Assembly (NCBI GenBank): GCA_010093815.1
Contig: ML996571.1
Source of the DNA: Pseudovirgaria hyperparasitica
Lineage: Eukaryota
DNA length: 64,000 nucleotides
Strand: one strand, 5' to 3'
Shown here piece by piece: positions 1 through 12,245 of the stretch. Each line of letters opens with the position of its first letter. Position 1 is the first letter of the stretch. The position numbers and the translations under genes are program-made. The notes beneath the pieces are model-generated. The model worked only from the letters and a program-made list of their open reading frames with translations, was not told where the DNA came from and searched no databases.

Positions 1-4
1 CATA

Positions 5-586
5 GTGCCCATCCCCGCCTTCCAGCCCGACGGTGATACAGACTGGCGCATAACCTCTCTTCCTCCTCTGCCGGACTGGGTCTCCATCACACGCCTCATC
101 AATCCTGCCGATGCACTCTACTACCATGCCGCGCTCATGATCACATTCCCATCCTCGCAGTCCCAGAAACCTGCCGACTCGCCAATATCCTCACCTGTCG
201 ACATGCCCGCGGAAGCGATCATATACACACCGCACGGCATATCCGCGTCCGCGATCCCAGACCTGCGCTCTTTGTCGCCTCCGATCCATACGCTCGCGCT
301 CTTACACGGACTACACGCCATCACGCTCACGAAGCAGAAGCTGAATCTAGGTGCTCACAACGGGTTGCAGGCGCAAAGGAAGCTGCAATCGCGATATTGG
401 ATTGGTACACATGACGAAATCAAAAGAGGCGGTGGGATCGTGGCGAGGTTTCTGAGACGGAAAGTGATTACGCTGCAGGAGGCGGTGGAGCAGGAGAAGC
501 AAGGGATGAAGGAGGAGGAGCGAAGGCAGTGGGCAGATGTTGGGTTCTTGGAGGTGGAGAATGGTGAGAGTGTGTTGCTGAGATGA
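5..586 (+). CDS. 3' part of a conserved fungal hypothetical protein (possibly metallo-beta-lactamase-like superfamily); 5' end lies outside the window
   Basis: Open frame from the window edge to TGA at 584-586; motifs LLHGLH, LNLGAHNG and YWIGTHDE..GGG resemble a recurring fungal uncharacterised family (recognised from memory, not searched). Confidence 0.6.
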   Translation: MPIPAFQPDGDTDWRITSLPPLPDWVSITRLINPADALYYHAALMITFPSSQSQKPADSPISSPVDMPAEAIIYTPHGISASAIPDLRSLSPPIHTLALLHGLHAITLTKQKLNLGAHNGLQAQRKLQSRYWIGTHDEIKRGGGIVARFLRRKVITLQEAVEQEKQGMKEEERRQWADVGFLEVENGESVLLR

Positions 587-2370
587 CGGGGACGTAGAGA
601 TATAGATGTGCATAATACAAGTATCAGTAGCAAGCTGAAGGAGCATAATTCGTGATTGACTGCTCATGTTGTATTACTATGCACGCGTGCGGCGCAGTAA
701 TACCCAGATCTTCACTGTGTACTGTAGCTAGCTGTGCAAACGGGAAGATCCGTTGGGTGGGTGCAGGCTCGGCGTATACGCAGCGTTGGGATGGCAGTCC
801 CGCGTATATCTCAGCATACCAGCGCACAAGAGGGCACTTGGAAAGCCAGGCAGGTATAGACGACGAGATCAACAACCCATATCCACCCACCCATCTTCCC
901 CGCCGATTTAAGCGACTTTCAGCGGGCACAAGGCGGCGACGGCGGGTGGTGCTTTGATGCTTTAGAGTACATTGGTGCTTTGGTGCCTTTGGTGCCTGTG
1001 CTAAGGTGTGCTAAGCGTGCTAAAAGTGTCTGTGGAGTCGACGGGAGGGCTAAAATAGGCTGAGAGACCGTCGCAGATCAATCAGTTCTCACACTCTCAG
1101 CCTCACTTCTGGCAATATCATTCGCTATTTGCTATCGTGGTCGACTGTGCTGGAGATGATCGGTGGAGATGGAGATTTGCAGACAGTAACTAGGTTGGAA
1201 GGTGGAGTGGCGCACGATGTGATTGATGATCAACACAACGGCGGCAGAGTTTGTTCTTGTCGATTTAGTGCTGATGGCTGTACCTAGCTAGCTAATTAGC
1301 CACCCTGGATGAGCGTCGTAAGCATTACAGTACCTTTGAAGAGGACTATTATGGTACCTACATAGCTATCGTTCATGTAAGATACAGATACCTACCTGGT
1401 AATTAGGTAGTAACTATGAACCAACCTAACTAAGCAGTGGGGGATATGTGGACTCATCTCCATCTGATCCTTGAAGGCCCCCCATATCATCCGCGACTCT
1501 CCGCTTGGTGCATTTCCACACCAGCATCCAAACAATCCCAAACAATTCGCTGGTCGCGCCATGACCATACTATACACCTTGTATATCATCCAATTGTGTT
1601 ATTGTGCGTCCCGTCTGCCCCATGCTATGTCTCATATCCCTGCCTGCCTGCTTGCTTACCTCCACCTCCACTACGAGTTATGTATGCTCCGTGGCTTGTA
1701 TACTTTGTATCGGGCGCATGGCAATCTTTCTCGCGTGGGCTGATAGGCAAATAACAGCAGGATACCGGTAGCAAAAGCCATCTAATCAAAAACCGCGTAG
1801 CTATCCTCGGACCAAACTCCTCGAGGACGACGCCAATAAAGTGACAGCGGAACGTGTTCAAGTGCAGCCTTTCTTCTGCAGGGAAACCCTCACACTTAAC
1901 CCGAGACGGCCTGGCTAATAAGCCTATTCGTGTTCTAGACTGTTGTTTTTTGCGCTGATTTCTATTCCCTTTTTCCAGTCTCGACCTTCCCGCAACGCTA
2001 ATCTCTCCCATCAGCCCGCTATGTGAACTTGGTTCACTACAGCTTCCCAGCTTCCAGCTACCACTCAACCTCCACTCCACGTCTATTCGTGCTTCCACGT
2101 CCTTTACCTTTTCTTTCAGCTTCATGCACCTTGTCCAGTCCATGGAAGGTGGTCTCTTGTAACTTGCATCTCTACACATCCATTCCCGTGATTACCTCTC
2201 CTTGCCACTCCTTCTGGGCTGACTGTCTTCCCAATCGAAGCTACTGGCCCTGCCAGCCCATCCGGGCTCACCACCCCGAACCATAGCAACAGCAACCATA
2301 GCATTGCTTCTTGCATTTTACTTCGTTTTGTTGGCCTCTGAGTGGGACATGTCCTCGAAATCTGGCCAAT

Positions 2371-5300
2371 ATGCGCATTCCTATAAGGGAGCAGCTGGGT
2401 CTGCTTGTGATACTGGCAGCTCTGATCGCTTTGGCTGTTGTAGCTTCAGCAACATGGGTGCGTACAACTTCACTCGAGACCCAACGTGGATTGCAGATTG
2501 TACTGACCTCTGCACAGATCACGACGCGTAACTTCGTGCTCGAATTACGGTGTGTTTGAAATGACCGTCTTTCACAAGAAAGTATCCGCTGACTCTTACA
2601 CGCAGAGCTACTCGGCTGTCTCTTACGGCCTCTCTCAAGGCTGCGCAACTGACCTCGAATCTTGCTCTTATGCAATCACAAGTTCGCTCTGCTGCTAGTC
2701 GACTTGTCATTCAGAGCGCACTACAGCGATACAACAATGGCAACAACACTGTGGAGAATTGGACTCGTACGAGAGACGACTTAGCTGCAGTCTTTCAAGG
2801 TGGAGGCCAGAGTGGACTTTTACTACAGGCTCGAATATTCGCGAAGAACTCAACAGGTCCCGCCGGCTCAAACACGACTCTTGTTGAAGCTACCGGAGTC
2901 GACGTGGTGGATACTGTGCAACTACCCGGCCTGAACGCAGACGGCAGCTCCATATATCTCGGCTCTAATGGCAGTTCTGGCTATCCGTCGAATCTCTATC
3001 CCAATCTCACTTACCGGAATGACGGGGAGAATGCCAACACAGGCGAGTTTGTGACAGTGGATGGCACGCCTATGGATTCGACAGATACTCTTTTGCTGGG
3101 ACCATGGCAACTCAATGAGACCGTCTCTTTGCTTTCAATCACACTTCCTATCATCAATAATACATCCGCTTCTGACATGCTCGGTTGGCTTACTGTCGTA
3201 TTGGATGGCAGGCTGATTGGAGACGTCGTCGCTGCTAGGGAAGGGCTCGGAGACTCTGGAGTAACACTTCTTATTGGACCTAACACGCAGACCAACAGGT
3301 TTCCCAGTGGTATCTTATCAGATAGCAACAATGGCAATCCACCAGATAATGTGGAGGTTGTGTACAAGCTCGCACCGACAAGGCGTCAAGATGTTGGCGC
3401 TCGACACACTGCTCGCGATTATGGCAGCTCCAGAATGCCCTTCAGCCTAGACAGTTTTCCTGCAGCCAAAATTGGATTTACCAGCAACCTAACAACTCTG
3501 GATAACGCCAACAACGCTGGCAGCGCGATATCTACTCGTAATGAGGAAGGCTTGAAAGTGTCTGTAGGCTACGCTACACCCAGCACATCCCTTGTGGACT
3601 GGCTTCTTGTGGTAGAGCAATCACGAGCTGAAGTTTGGGAACCTATAAACCGCCTCCGAACTGTCCTCCTAGCCTGCATATTTGCCACACTAGGCGCTAT
3701 GCTTTTATTCGCTGTCCCGGCGGCCCACTACGCTAGTCGACCGATACGACGGCTCAGAGATGCTACCAAGCAAACAGTCACACCTCCTGGATATGGCCCC
3801 TCGAGTCCCGCGAGTAGTCCATCATTCCTTGATGACGACGTGAGCCCAGGGCATGTTGCAAAAGAAGGCTTCTTCGCAGCTTGGAAGAGATTTTCTATCA
3901 GAAGAGACGCGGACACGGATGGTCAGCAGGATGAAGGGAGACGAACTTTTCGCATTCCCGGAAAAGTGAAAGACCGGAAACACTACATCAATGATGAGCT
4001 CACAGACTTGACAAGGACCTACAATGAGATGTCAGACGAGCTAATGATGCAATATGAAAGGCTTGAGGAGAGAGTCGCTCAGCGTACAGCTGAGCTGGAA
4101 TTAAGTAAAAAGGCGGCCGAGGCAGCGAACGAAAGCAAGACGCTATTCATCGCGAACATTTCGCATGAACTCAAGACTCCATTGAATGGGATCATGGGTA
4201 TGTGCGCTGTGTGTATGTCGGAGGAGGATCCAATCAAGCTTAAAAGATCCCTCGGGATTATTTACAAAAGTGGTGACTTGTTGCTGAATCTCCTTACTGA
4301 TCTGTTGACTTTCAGGTAAGTCTTTCAAAACCGTTGGGCGCATTCGAACTTGTGATCTAACATTTCTTCACAGCAAGAATCAGGTCGGTCAGCAATTAGC
4401 GCTCGATGAGAAGGAGTTTAGGCTTCGCGATATCAGCACCCAGGTGCTGGCCATCTTCGAGCGCCAGGCGAAAGAGAACCATATAGATCTATCGATCAAC
4501 CTGGAAGGACCCCTCGAGGCAAATACGGACCATACGGGCATCGTTAACGAAAAGCTTTCATACGGTCCTTTTGGTCTCGGCAAGGTGAAAGACATGGTCT
4601 TGTACGGTGATCAGCATCGCATCCTGCAAGTATTGATCAATTTGGTGTCTAACAGCCTGAAATTCACACCCAAACACGGGAAGGTCATAGCAACGATACG
4701 GTGTGTCGGCGAAAGTAACATACCCATTAGTCGACACGAGTCGGTCCACTCTCGCCTAAGATCAGCGAAATCCAAGGTCCCATCTTCGGCAAATTCATCT
4801 ACAGGAACATCTCGGCTGGTCAACACTGCAACTGCAAACGAGATAAACGCATTGCAGAAGCCATCAGTATATGCGCAAATTCTAGCAAGCGAGCTGAATG
4901 CACCACCACCTGCTGGTCGTGTGCTTGAATTTCAGTTCGAAGTGACGGATACCGGACCTGGGATTCCGGAACATCTACACCAGCGGATTTTCGAGCCTTT
5001 TGTGCAAGGTGACCTTGGCCTAAGCAAGAAACATGGAGGCACGGGTCTAGGTCTGAGTATCTGTTCGCAGCTAGCAGGGCTTATGAGGGGCCATGTTGAT
5101 GTGTCCAGTACCCTCGGTCAGGGCAGCAAGTTTACCATGACGATACCACTGAGACACCTTACCAGTGGTGCCGACAGCACGTCTGGCTCAAGTATCGTGT
5201 CTTTCGTACCTCCTCGAACAAGAAGTCTTGACCGTGGCCCCGATACGAGCACCGACAACGACGATGCGAGTTCCATGCGGTCGTTCGCATCAGCACCAAG

Positions 5301-6033
5301 TCCATCGAACGGTCCCGTAGCTTTCGATACGGATACGCAGCCACGACTCGTGGGCCTAAGTCAACCTTTCTTTGCGTCCAATGTGCCACTAGAATCGCCA
5401 GATTCGCAACCAGCAGCCATGGAACGCGTAAAGGCTGAAGCCTCTCATCGAATGGCCAAGGTCAAAGTCCTTGTGGCTGAGGACAACAAAACCAACCAGG
5501 AAGTGGTACTAAGGATGCTGAAGCTCGAAGAGATCTACGATGTTACAGTGGCCAAAGACGGCCAAGAGGCTCTAGATCGAGTGAAGGAAAGTATGGAGGA
5601 CCACAAACCGTACAGCTTGATCTTCATGGATGTGCAGATGCCGAACCTCGACGGCTTAGAGTCCACACGTCTCATCCGTAAGACTGGCTATACAGCACCA
5701 ATTGTTGCTCTCACTGCCTACTCGGAAGAGTCCAATGTCAAAGAATGCATCGCGTCAGGCATGGACTACTTCCTTTCGAAGCCCATCCGGAGGCCACAGC
5801 TAAAACAAGTCTTGAAGACGTACTGTCCCACAATTCAGGAAGAGGACGAAGAGCGATCGATGTCATCAAGCTCAGCAAAAGTCGATTCGCCCGCGGAGGA
5901 ACGCGGCCGTGGAAGCTCGTCTCCACCAAAGCCTGTCCTCGGATCTGTAGATTTTGGGGCCACGAATAGTACCAACACTCGAGATGGACCGATCACACAT
6001 CCCTCACGAGAGCCCTCTCCAAAAGCATCCTGA
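2371..6033 (+). CDS. SLN1: Membrane-bound hybrid sensor histidine kinase/response regulator, Sln1/TcsB type (4 exons)
   Basis: ATG 2371 MRIPIREQLGLLVILAALIALAVVASATW (TM1); introns ~2458-2517, ~2550-2605 and 4316-4373; N-glycosylation-site-rich extracellular domain; TM2; H-box FIANISHELKTPLNG; N-box INLVSNSLKFT; DTGPGI; GGTGLGLSI; receiver LIFMDVQMPNLDG. Confidence 0.92.
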
Positions 6034-6873
6034 ACACTCGCATCCAGTCTGGTACAGCTTCTGTCTCTGGCTGACGGTTTTACCCTGCGCAGGTCGACCT
6101 CCCTGCACATGTCATGATCATTTCCTTGTACGGATAGCGTATTTTTGGGGCCAAGGGACTGGGAGACATTTGTCTCATATTTCCATGTAAGTATTGACCA
6201 GCATAGTAAGGTGTGTGGCGTTTTAGGGTTGGTCTCCTGGACGACTTAAACAAATAAGGGACGACCGGCTCGCTGTATACAATCAGGGCAAAAAATTGGG
6301 GAAAAGTGAATATTCTGAAAAAAAAAAGGGCTCAACGACAGGTGTGTCGAGCGATCCTGTCTCTCGTAGTTCGATGACGACGATTGTATATCTCTATAAA
6401 ATCAGCATAATAGTTAATGACACGCTCTACTAGCTCGATTGATCTCTTGAACTAAACCTCGACAACAGTACTCCAGATGTCTTTTAATAGAAAGGCTTGT
6501 GTATGAGCATTCACCTGTTGACATCTAGTTTCCTCGGTCTGGTGGATCAGGTGTTCACGCTGCATTGAGGGTATGCTATGATATGCACTTTAATGGTTAT
6601 GCAGGACCGGTATGCGTGATGTCTGTAGTGCGCTTTTGACACTTGTAGGTTTTGTTCATTTATATGTCTTGGGTGTGGTGATTGTGGGTGGGGTACAAAG
6701 TATTATAAGAATATATTGGATTGAATGTGTGTGTGCGTGTGTGTGTGTATATATAACCTCCAGTTCCCGCTTACACTCCACTACACCACCAACCTATATA
6801 CACAATCTGCACATCTAACAAACATGCAACACCATTAAATTACACGTATAGTAAGGCATAATTCTCCTTCTCT

Positions 6874-6877
<4 letters not shown>

Positions 6878-6905
<28 letters not shown>
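6878..6905. repeat. (CT)n microsatellite upstream of the hydrophobin
   Basis: Visible CT dinucleotide run; an interrupted (TG)n run also lies at ~6726-6748. Confidence 0.9.
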
Positions 6906-7278
6906 CAAGAGACCCCTAAAAGCACGTCCGTCCCCGCGTTCCCTCTCATAATCTCCGGTCGTCTGGATCGGAGAGATATCAGGTTTTGTATAGAATGGCA
7001 GGCAAGCCCCCTTTGCCTCGTTCGAACTGTTTTTCTCTTTTGAATTGAATTGAATGAGTGCATGCGTACTTATCTCACTTGATGGTCTCTTTCTTTTTTT
7101 TTTTTTTCGCTCTTCAATCGTGAGTCTGGACGGACTTGACAAATTTCTTCGAGTGCTCACGACACGCATACTTCTACTTACCCACCCATCCATCCATTCA
7201 CACAAAACCCCAACAAGAGCGAGAGAAGTAGGAAGAGAACAGAAGAAAGAAGAAAGAAGGAAGAAGAAATAAAGGAAA

Positions 7279-7757
7279 ATGCCCTTCTCCCCCCTCCGAC
7301 CACTCTCCTTCCTCTTCTCCTTTTCCCTCCTCCTCTTCCTCCTCCTCCTCACAACAACGACAACCGCCTCCGCGCTCGTCCGCCGCGAGTACGACGCCTG
7401 CACCGGCCACTACAACACAGCCCAATGCTGCGCCACCGACGTCCAGGGCGTCGCAGATCTGGACTGCGCCAATCCGGCCGCCGTGCCTGTGAGCGCGGAT
7501 GACTTCGTCGCTGTGTGTGCGGGTGTGGGACAGAGGGCGAGGTGTTGTGTTGCGCCTGTTGTGAGTACTTCTTTTTTTACCCCCTTTCTTGGTTCGCTTT
7601 GGGGTCTTGGGGATTGTTGGGGATGATGATGGGCAAGGGGAGAGAGAGTTTGTATGTGGTGTGTGATAGAGAGAGATAGGGGCTGACGTTTTGGTGTTGC
7701 TTTGTGTAGCTGGGGCAGGATGTGCTTTGTCAGACGCCGGCTGGGGTTAGGAGGTAG
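7279..7757 (+). CDS. Class II hydrophobin (cerato-ulmin/HFBII-like), 2 exons
   Basis: Signal peptide followed by LVRR; intron 7561 GTGAGT to 7709 TAG with a GCTGAC branch site; exon 2 LGQDVLCQTPAGVRR*. Spliced Cys spacing C-x8-CC-x11-C-x16-C-x8-CC-x10-C fits the class II pattern. Confidence 0.93.
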
Positions 7758-8196
7758 GATTTCGGATTGTGGAGGGGGAGTGCTCTGGGAGTGGTGGTGA
7801 GATGGTTGGGTTGTGAGGGAGTGGGTTTTGGGGGAGGGGATGTAATGGTGTGGTTTTGTGAGCTGGATCATCTGGGTTGGGATATGAGGTGAATGGGCTG
7901 GATAGAGGTGTGCATTTTGCGTGCAAAGGAGGGTGTTATTGATGGTGTATGAAGAGAGAGGAGAGAGGAAGGCTATGGGGAATGTACATATATATCAGCG
8001 GTACTTAGCTACTGGGAATGCATACATGAGTGCATGGTTTTCTGATAATAGTCCTGTTGCTCTCATATCATTATCATTAAGTCTATGTCTAGATATCTAT
8101 ACATCATCAAGAAGAACGCTACGTTCTATGCACCTTTCCCATATACCAACTCTCTTTTCTATCATGTGACCTCTCTCATCATAATCATCATCATCA

Positions 8197-11100
8197 TCAC
8201 CACCACACGAACATCACAGACAAACCACACGCCAGACTTCCCAGTCCTCCATTCCACCCGCTCCCGATCAAACGACCAGCCGCGCCTGTCGGCCTCGCCC
8301 CATCTCCATCTCCATCCCCGTCCCCAGACCCCGTCGTCCGCGCCGCTCCGCCCGTCTCAGCCACCGTCCGCGCCCCCGTCCTCGTCTCATCCCCAAAACT
8401 CGACTGAACCGTCGTCGTCGTAATATGCATCTCCGCCACACTCCCCGCCGCAGCCGCCGCAGCCCCAAACACACTCATCATCAACTGCGTCATCTCGTCC
8501 CACGCGCTCGGCACAGGCGCATGCACAGGCACAACCCGCGTCGCCGTCGCATCCGAGACTACAAGCCCCCGGCTCGGATCCCAGACTATTGTCTCTGAGC
8601 CGAGGACAGTGCTGAACGTGTGGGATGCGTCGAGGGTGATTGTTTGGCTGCCGAGGGTTAGGACGGAGGGCGTTGCGGGGTCGAGGATGAGCGGTGTGCC
8701 GTCGGGGAGTGTGAGGAATGTTGTTGGGCTGGAAGTAGGGGGTGTTGGGGCGGGGAGGAGGAGCGTGGATGTTGTGCCGTCGTGGGCGACGACGAGGCCT
8801 GTGGATGGCGCGAAGAGGAGTGTTGTTCCGTCGATGATGGTCGAGCTTCCTGGGGAGAGCGGGACGCCGTCGTCGTTGTCGTTGTTGTTGTTGTTATTGG
8901 CCCTGGAGGGCCCGATGATGATTGCGCTAGGGTCGTTGCCAGATGTTGGGTCTGGGTATGTGATGATGATAGGGGTGTTGTTGATGGATGTGAGTGTCAC
9001 GGGCGCTGGACCTGCGTTGTTGTCTGGGTTGAAGGTTGGAATGGCGATGGTCTGGACGGTGCTGCTGTCGCCGATGATGAGGTTGTTTCCTGGTCCGACC
9101 GAGATGGTTGTACCAGAGATAACGGTACCTGGGTCGCCTTCACTGAGGGTCTCGGATGGGTTGAGGATGATGGCGCCTGGGTTGGTGGGGTCGTTGTTGA
9201 TTGTGCTGTCGCCGATTGTTATGATTGGGACAGGCGTGACCGCTGGAGGGTTTTGGGCCGGTGCGTCTGTTTTGCCTGGGTCGTTGTTTGGAGGCGCTGG
9301 GTTTGGGTTCTGCACTGGATCAGCACCGTCCGTTGGGTCCGAAGGGTCGTCCTGTGATGGATCTGCACCACTGCCTGGTCCGACCTTTGTTGGATTACTG
9401 CCTGGATCAGATGGCTTCGAGCCATTGACTGGCTCCGGGGTAGTAGGACTCGTGTTCTGTGCTAGCCGGGAGGGCGCCACGCCAGTCTGAGGCGGTGGAG
9501 ATGCGGTGGGTTCAACAGAAGTTGGATCTGCGACGACTTGAGCGCTTCCAACAGCAGTCGGAGGATCACGTGAGCCGTCCCAGTCCAATTCACACTCCGC
9601 CCATGCAGGATCGATTGAACGGACTTGTCGCGGCACGGCTAGACGAGGACTGTATAACGACGGAATGATAGTATCGCAATCGTTCGTTCCCAGCCAGGGG
9701 TTACACTCTGGCATACACTGATATGCACTCTGCGGAACTGAGCCGACCAAGTCACCAAAATTGAACGGATAAGGCGTGACGCCGAGTGTTATTCTGACGG
9801 GCAGACTTCCAGTCGCAGTCGTCCATTGCCAACCACACATACTGGAAATATCACTTGAGGGTATTGCCACGATGGAGCCTTCGTGAGTAGCTCCGACTTG
9901 GCCCCCCTGGCAGGGTCTTCCAGCAGATATACTCCTGTACTTTACGTATGCACTATCTGACCAGAGGGTGATGGTCTCGTTAAGCACGACCGATTCATGC
10001 GGATGAGAGTAATGAGTAACGATTTCTGCCATACGAGATTAGCAAAATGTGGTAAAAAAAATTGTTCCAAGGGCTCATACTTCTATTGAAGAGAGGATCT
10101 GTAGTAGCACATAGATCCCTTGAAGTGGCCGGAGGAGCAAAATAGATCAATTCGACATCGTACGCAGCAATGGTGCACTTCGCTGTGTGCGAACAGGACG
10201 ACGATTTGAAAGACAGTTCGTCGCTCCATGAACACTGCGGGACGGGTCGGAATGACAGCTGGTACATGGTGTCGTAGATTACCGTTCTCTCGCCACCGGG
10301 AGTGAGAAGCAGATCATCATAGTAGTTGAAGGCCTTGGACAGATTGTATGTGACGCCACTTGCGCCTACAAGTGGTGTATATACATCTCCGTGCACAGTA
10401 ATGGCAGGTGCTGGAGTGATCAGAGGAAGCTCAGAGGTCTTGCCGTTGACGACAACAGCGCTTGGCGGGTTCGCGAGAGACACTATAGCTTGCTGTGATG
10501 CAGCAAAGGATGCGTCTTGTGAGTCCCAAGCCGATTGGTAGTCTGAGACTAACTGTGCACAGTCTGACGGATTAATCGTACATGTCGGCCTGGTGATTGC
10601 GAGGTGAGGGTAGGTCCAATTACCGATGTCAGTACTGAGAGTATATGTGGTCGTCGAGTACTTCGTAGTTGTAAGAGTGTAGTCCTCTGAGGTGGTGATG
10701 TTGAATCGTGGGTAGCCATCACATTGAGTCGGAAGGGCTCCAGTAGCAAACCACGTACCCCAGACGCCGGGTTTATCTGTTCTCACAGACACGGAAGTAT
10801 AATATGACATTGTTGGACTCGGATTCCTCAGACTGGACTGGCGGACATATCCCAATTTAGCGGCGTTGCAACTTCGCGCGAAGTCTGTACCTAAGCACAT
10901 GTTAGTCACATTGATATCGAGATAAGTCCAGCCAATCGTTACCAGATCCATTGACTGGCCCAGTATAGTTCTGTAGTAATGCATCCCAAGGTCCAAGCGT
11001 GGTCGAGGAGTTAGCAGATGTATTGAACATCCGATTAGATGGTATGGAGGCATTGCCCAGTGCTACTGATGATGTGATTGTAGGAAACGAGTTCGTGGAG

Positions 11101-11304
11101 GCTGCAGAGCTAATTGGTGGCGTGGAAAGTGAGGAGTTTGAGAATTTAGGGGGAGAAATTCCTGGGGTAGAAGCCGAACTAGATGCCGCTACAAGATTAT
11201 TAGCATAAGGCTTGCTCTGGGTTTATGGTGTATTTTTGCAGACTGTACCTACCTCTGACGCCAACAAGTCCGCCAAACAACATCCAAGTCCCCTGGAAGA
11301 GCAT
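8197..11304 (-). CDS. Large secreted, probably GPI-anchored Ser/Thr/Pro-rich cell-wall protein with a Cys-rich domain (4 exons, roughly 980 aa)
   Basis: ATG 11304 MLFQGTWMLFGGLVGVRA; introns ~11190-11252, ~10891-10941 and 10026-10080 (GTATGA..GCTAAT..CAG) join the track ORFs 9995-11053 and 8197-10032 in frame. Contains motif FNFGDL..VP.SAY.C...C..CDTI..YSPRLAVP.QVR.IDPAWAEC, then a P/D/N-rich linker, repeated I/T/G segments and a hydrophobic C-terminus. Confidence 0.75.
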
Positions 11305-11999
11305 CCTCGAGACTTGACTACTGGCCGGTAGATAGTAAAGCAAAAGTCCCAAGTTTCATCGTAAGCTTTGAGGAGGCGATCTGGACCTCGTATATGTACG
11401 CGCAGGGCATCAAGCACACTGGCAGCCCCATAACGGCGGATGCAGGCACCAGAGAATCTGACAGCGTCGAGATGTCGTTTAGCACCAGCATTAGAGTGGG
11501 TAAAGTGTAAGCGTGTGGAGCAGAGTATTTAGAAGAGTAAGCTCTAGTGTAAACATGCCGGGATAGACCCATGTCGACATGAAGAGGTTAATTTACAGGT
11601 CTGGGGCTGAGCTGCACCCATAGCCATGACCGGGTTGGTTCATGTACTACAAGCAGATTCCACAAAGAGTGATGGCCTTGTAAGTTGACTTCGTCAGAGT
11701 GGCTATGATGGTATCAAGACGAAGTTGGGATTCGGCTCGAGTAAATGGCTCTGCTCTCGTGTGAACAGTCATGGAAGTGGAATGCAAGACATATCTAGGA
11801 ACCATCTGCCCCATTCGATCATCTTACGTGATACCTCAGCCAGCATTTTCGCCAACCCGTCAGTTATGGATACTGGATATGATCATGGAGCAGAAAGCAG
11901 AGATCAGAAGGCCATTGGATGATTTCGACAGGGAGCGGAGGGGGAAGACCTCGGCCGACGCCGTAATGGCCGCTTGTTGAGTGACGAGCGGGATGCGGG

Positions 12000-12115
12000 A
12001 TCCGTCGTTTTCCTAGAACCTGACGAGCTTGGCACTCGCATGTCGCGCGATGTCTCCCCCACCCAAATTTACGTGAGACGGACATATTTTGGCATTTTAT
12101 TATATACTCGTCGCC
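12000..12115 (+). repeat. Left inverted repeat (116 bp)
   Basis: Reverse complement of 15396-15511 with 3 mismatches, all transitions and all within the inner 44 bp (12072-12115). Confidence 0.95.
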
Positions 12116-12245
12116 ATATGAGGTTTTAATATACGTATACTATCGAATATTAGTTAATATACTTAGTGTTAAGTCTCCACGTATTTTTTTTACCTATATA
12201 CCCTCTATGAGGTTAAAAAAACCCGCTCGAAGCGTTTAATTTACT

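Noticed and set aside
8609..9490. 293-aa plus-strand ORF
   Set aside because: Antisense shadow of the Thr/Pro-rich cell-wall gene.
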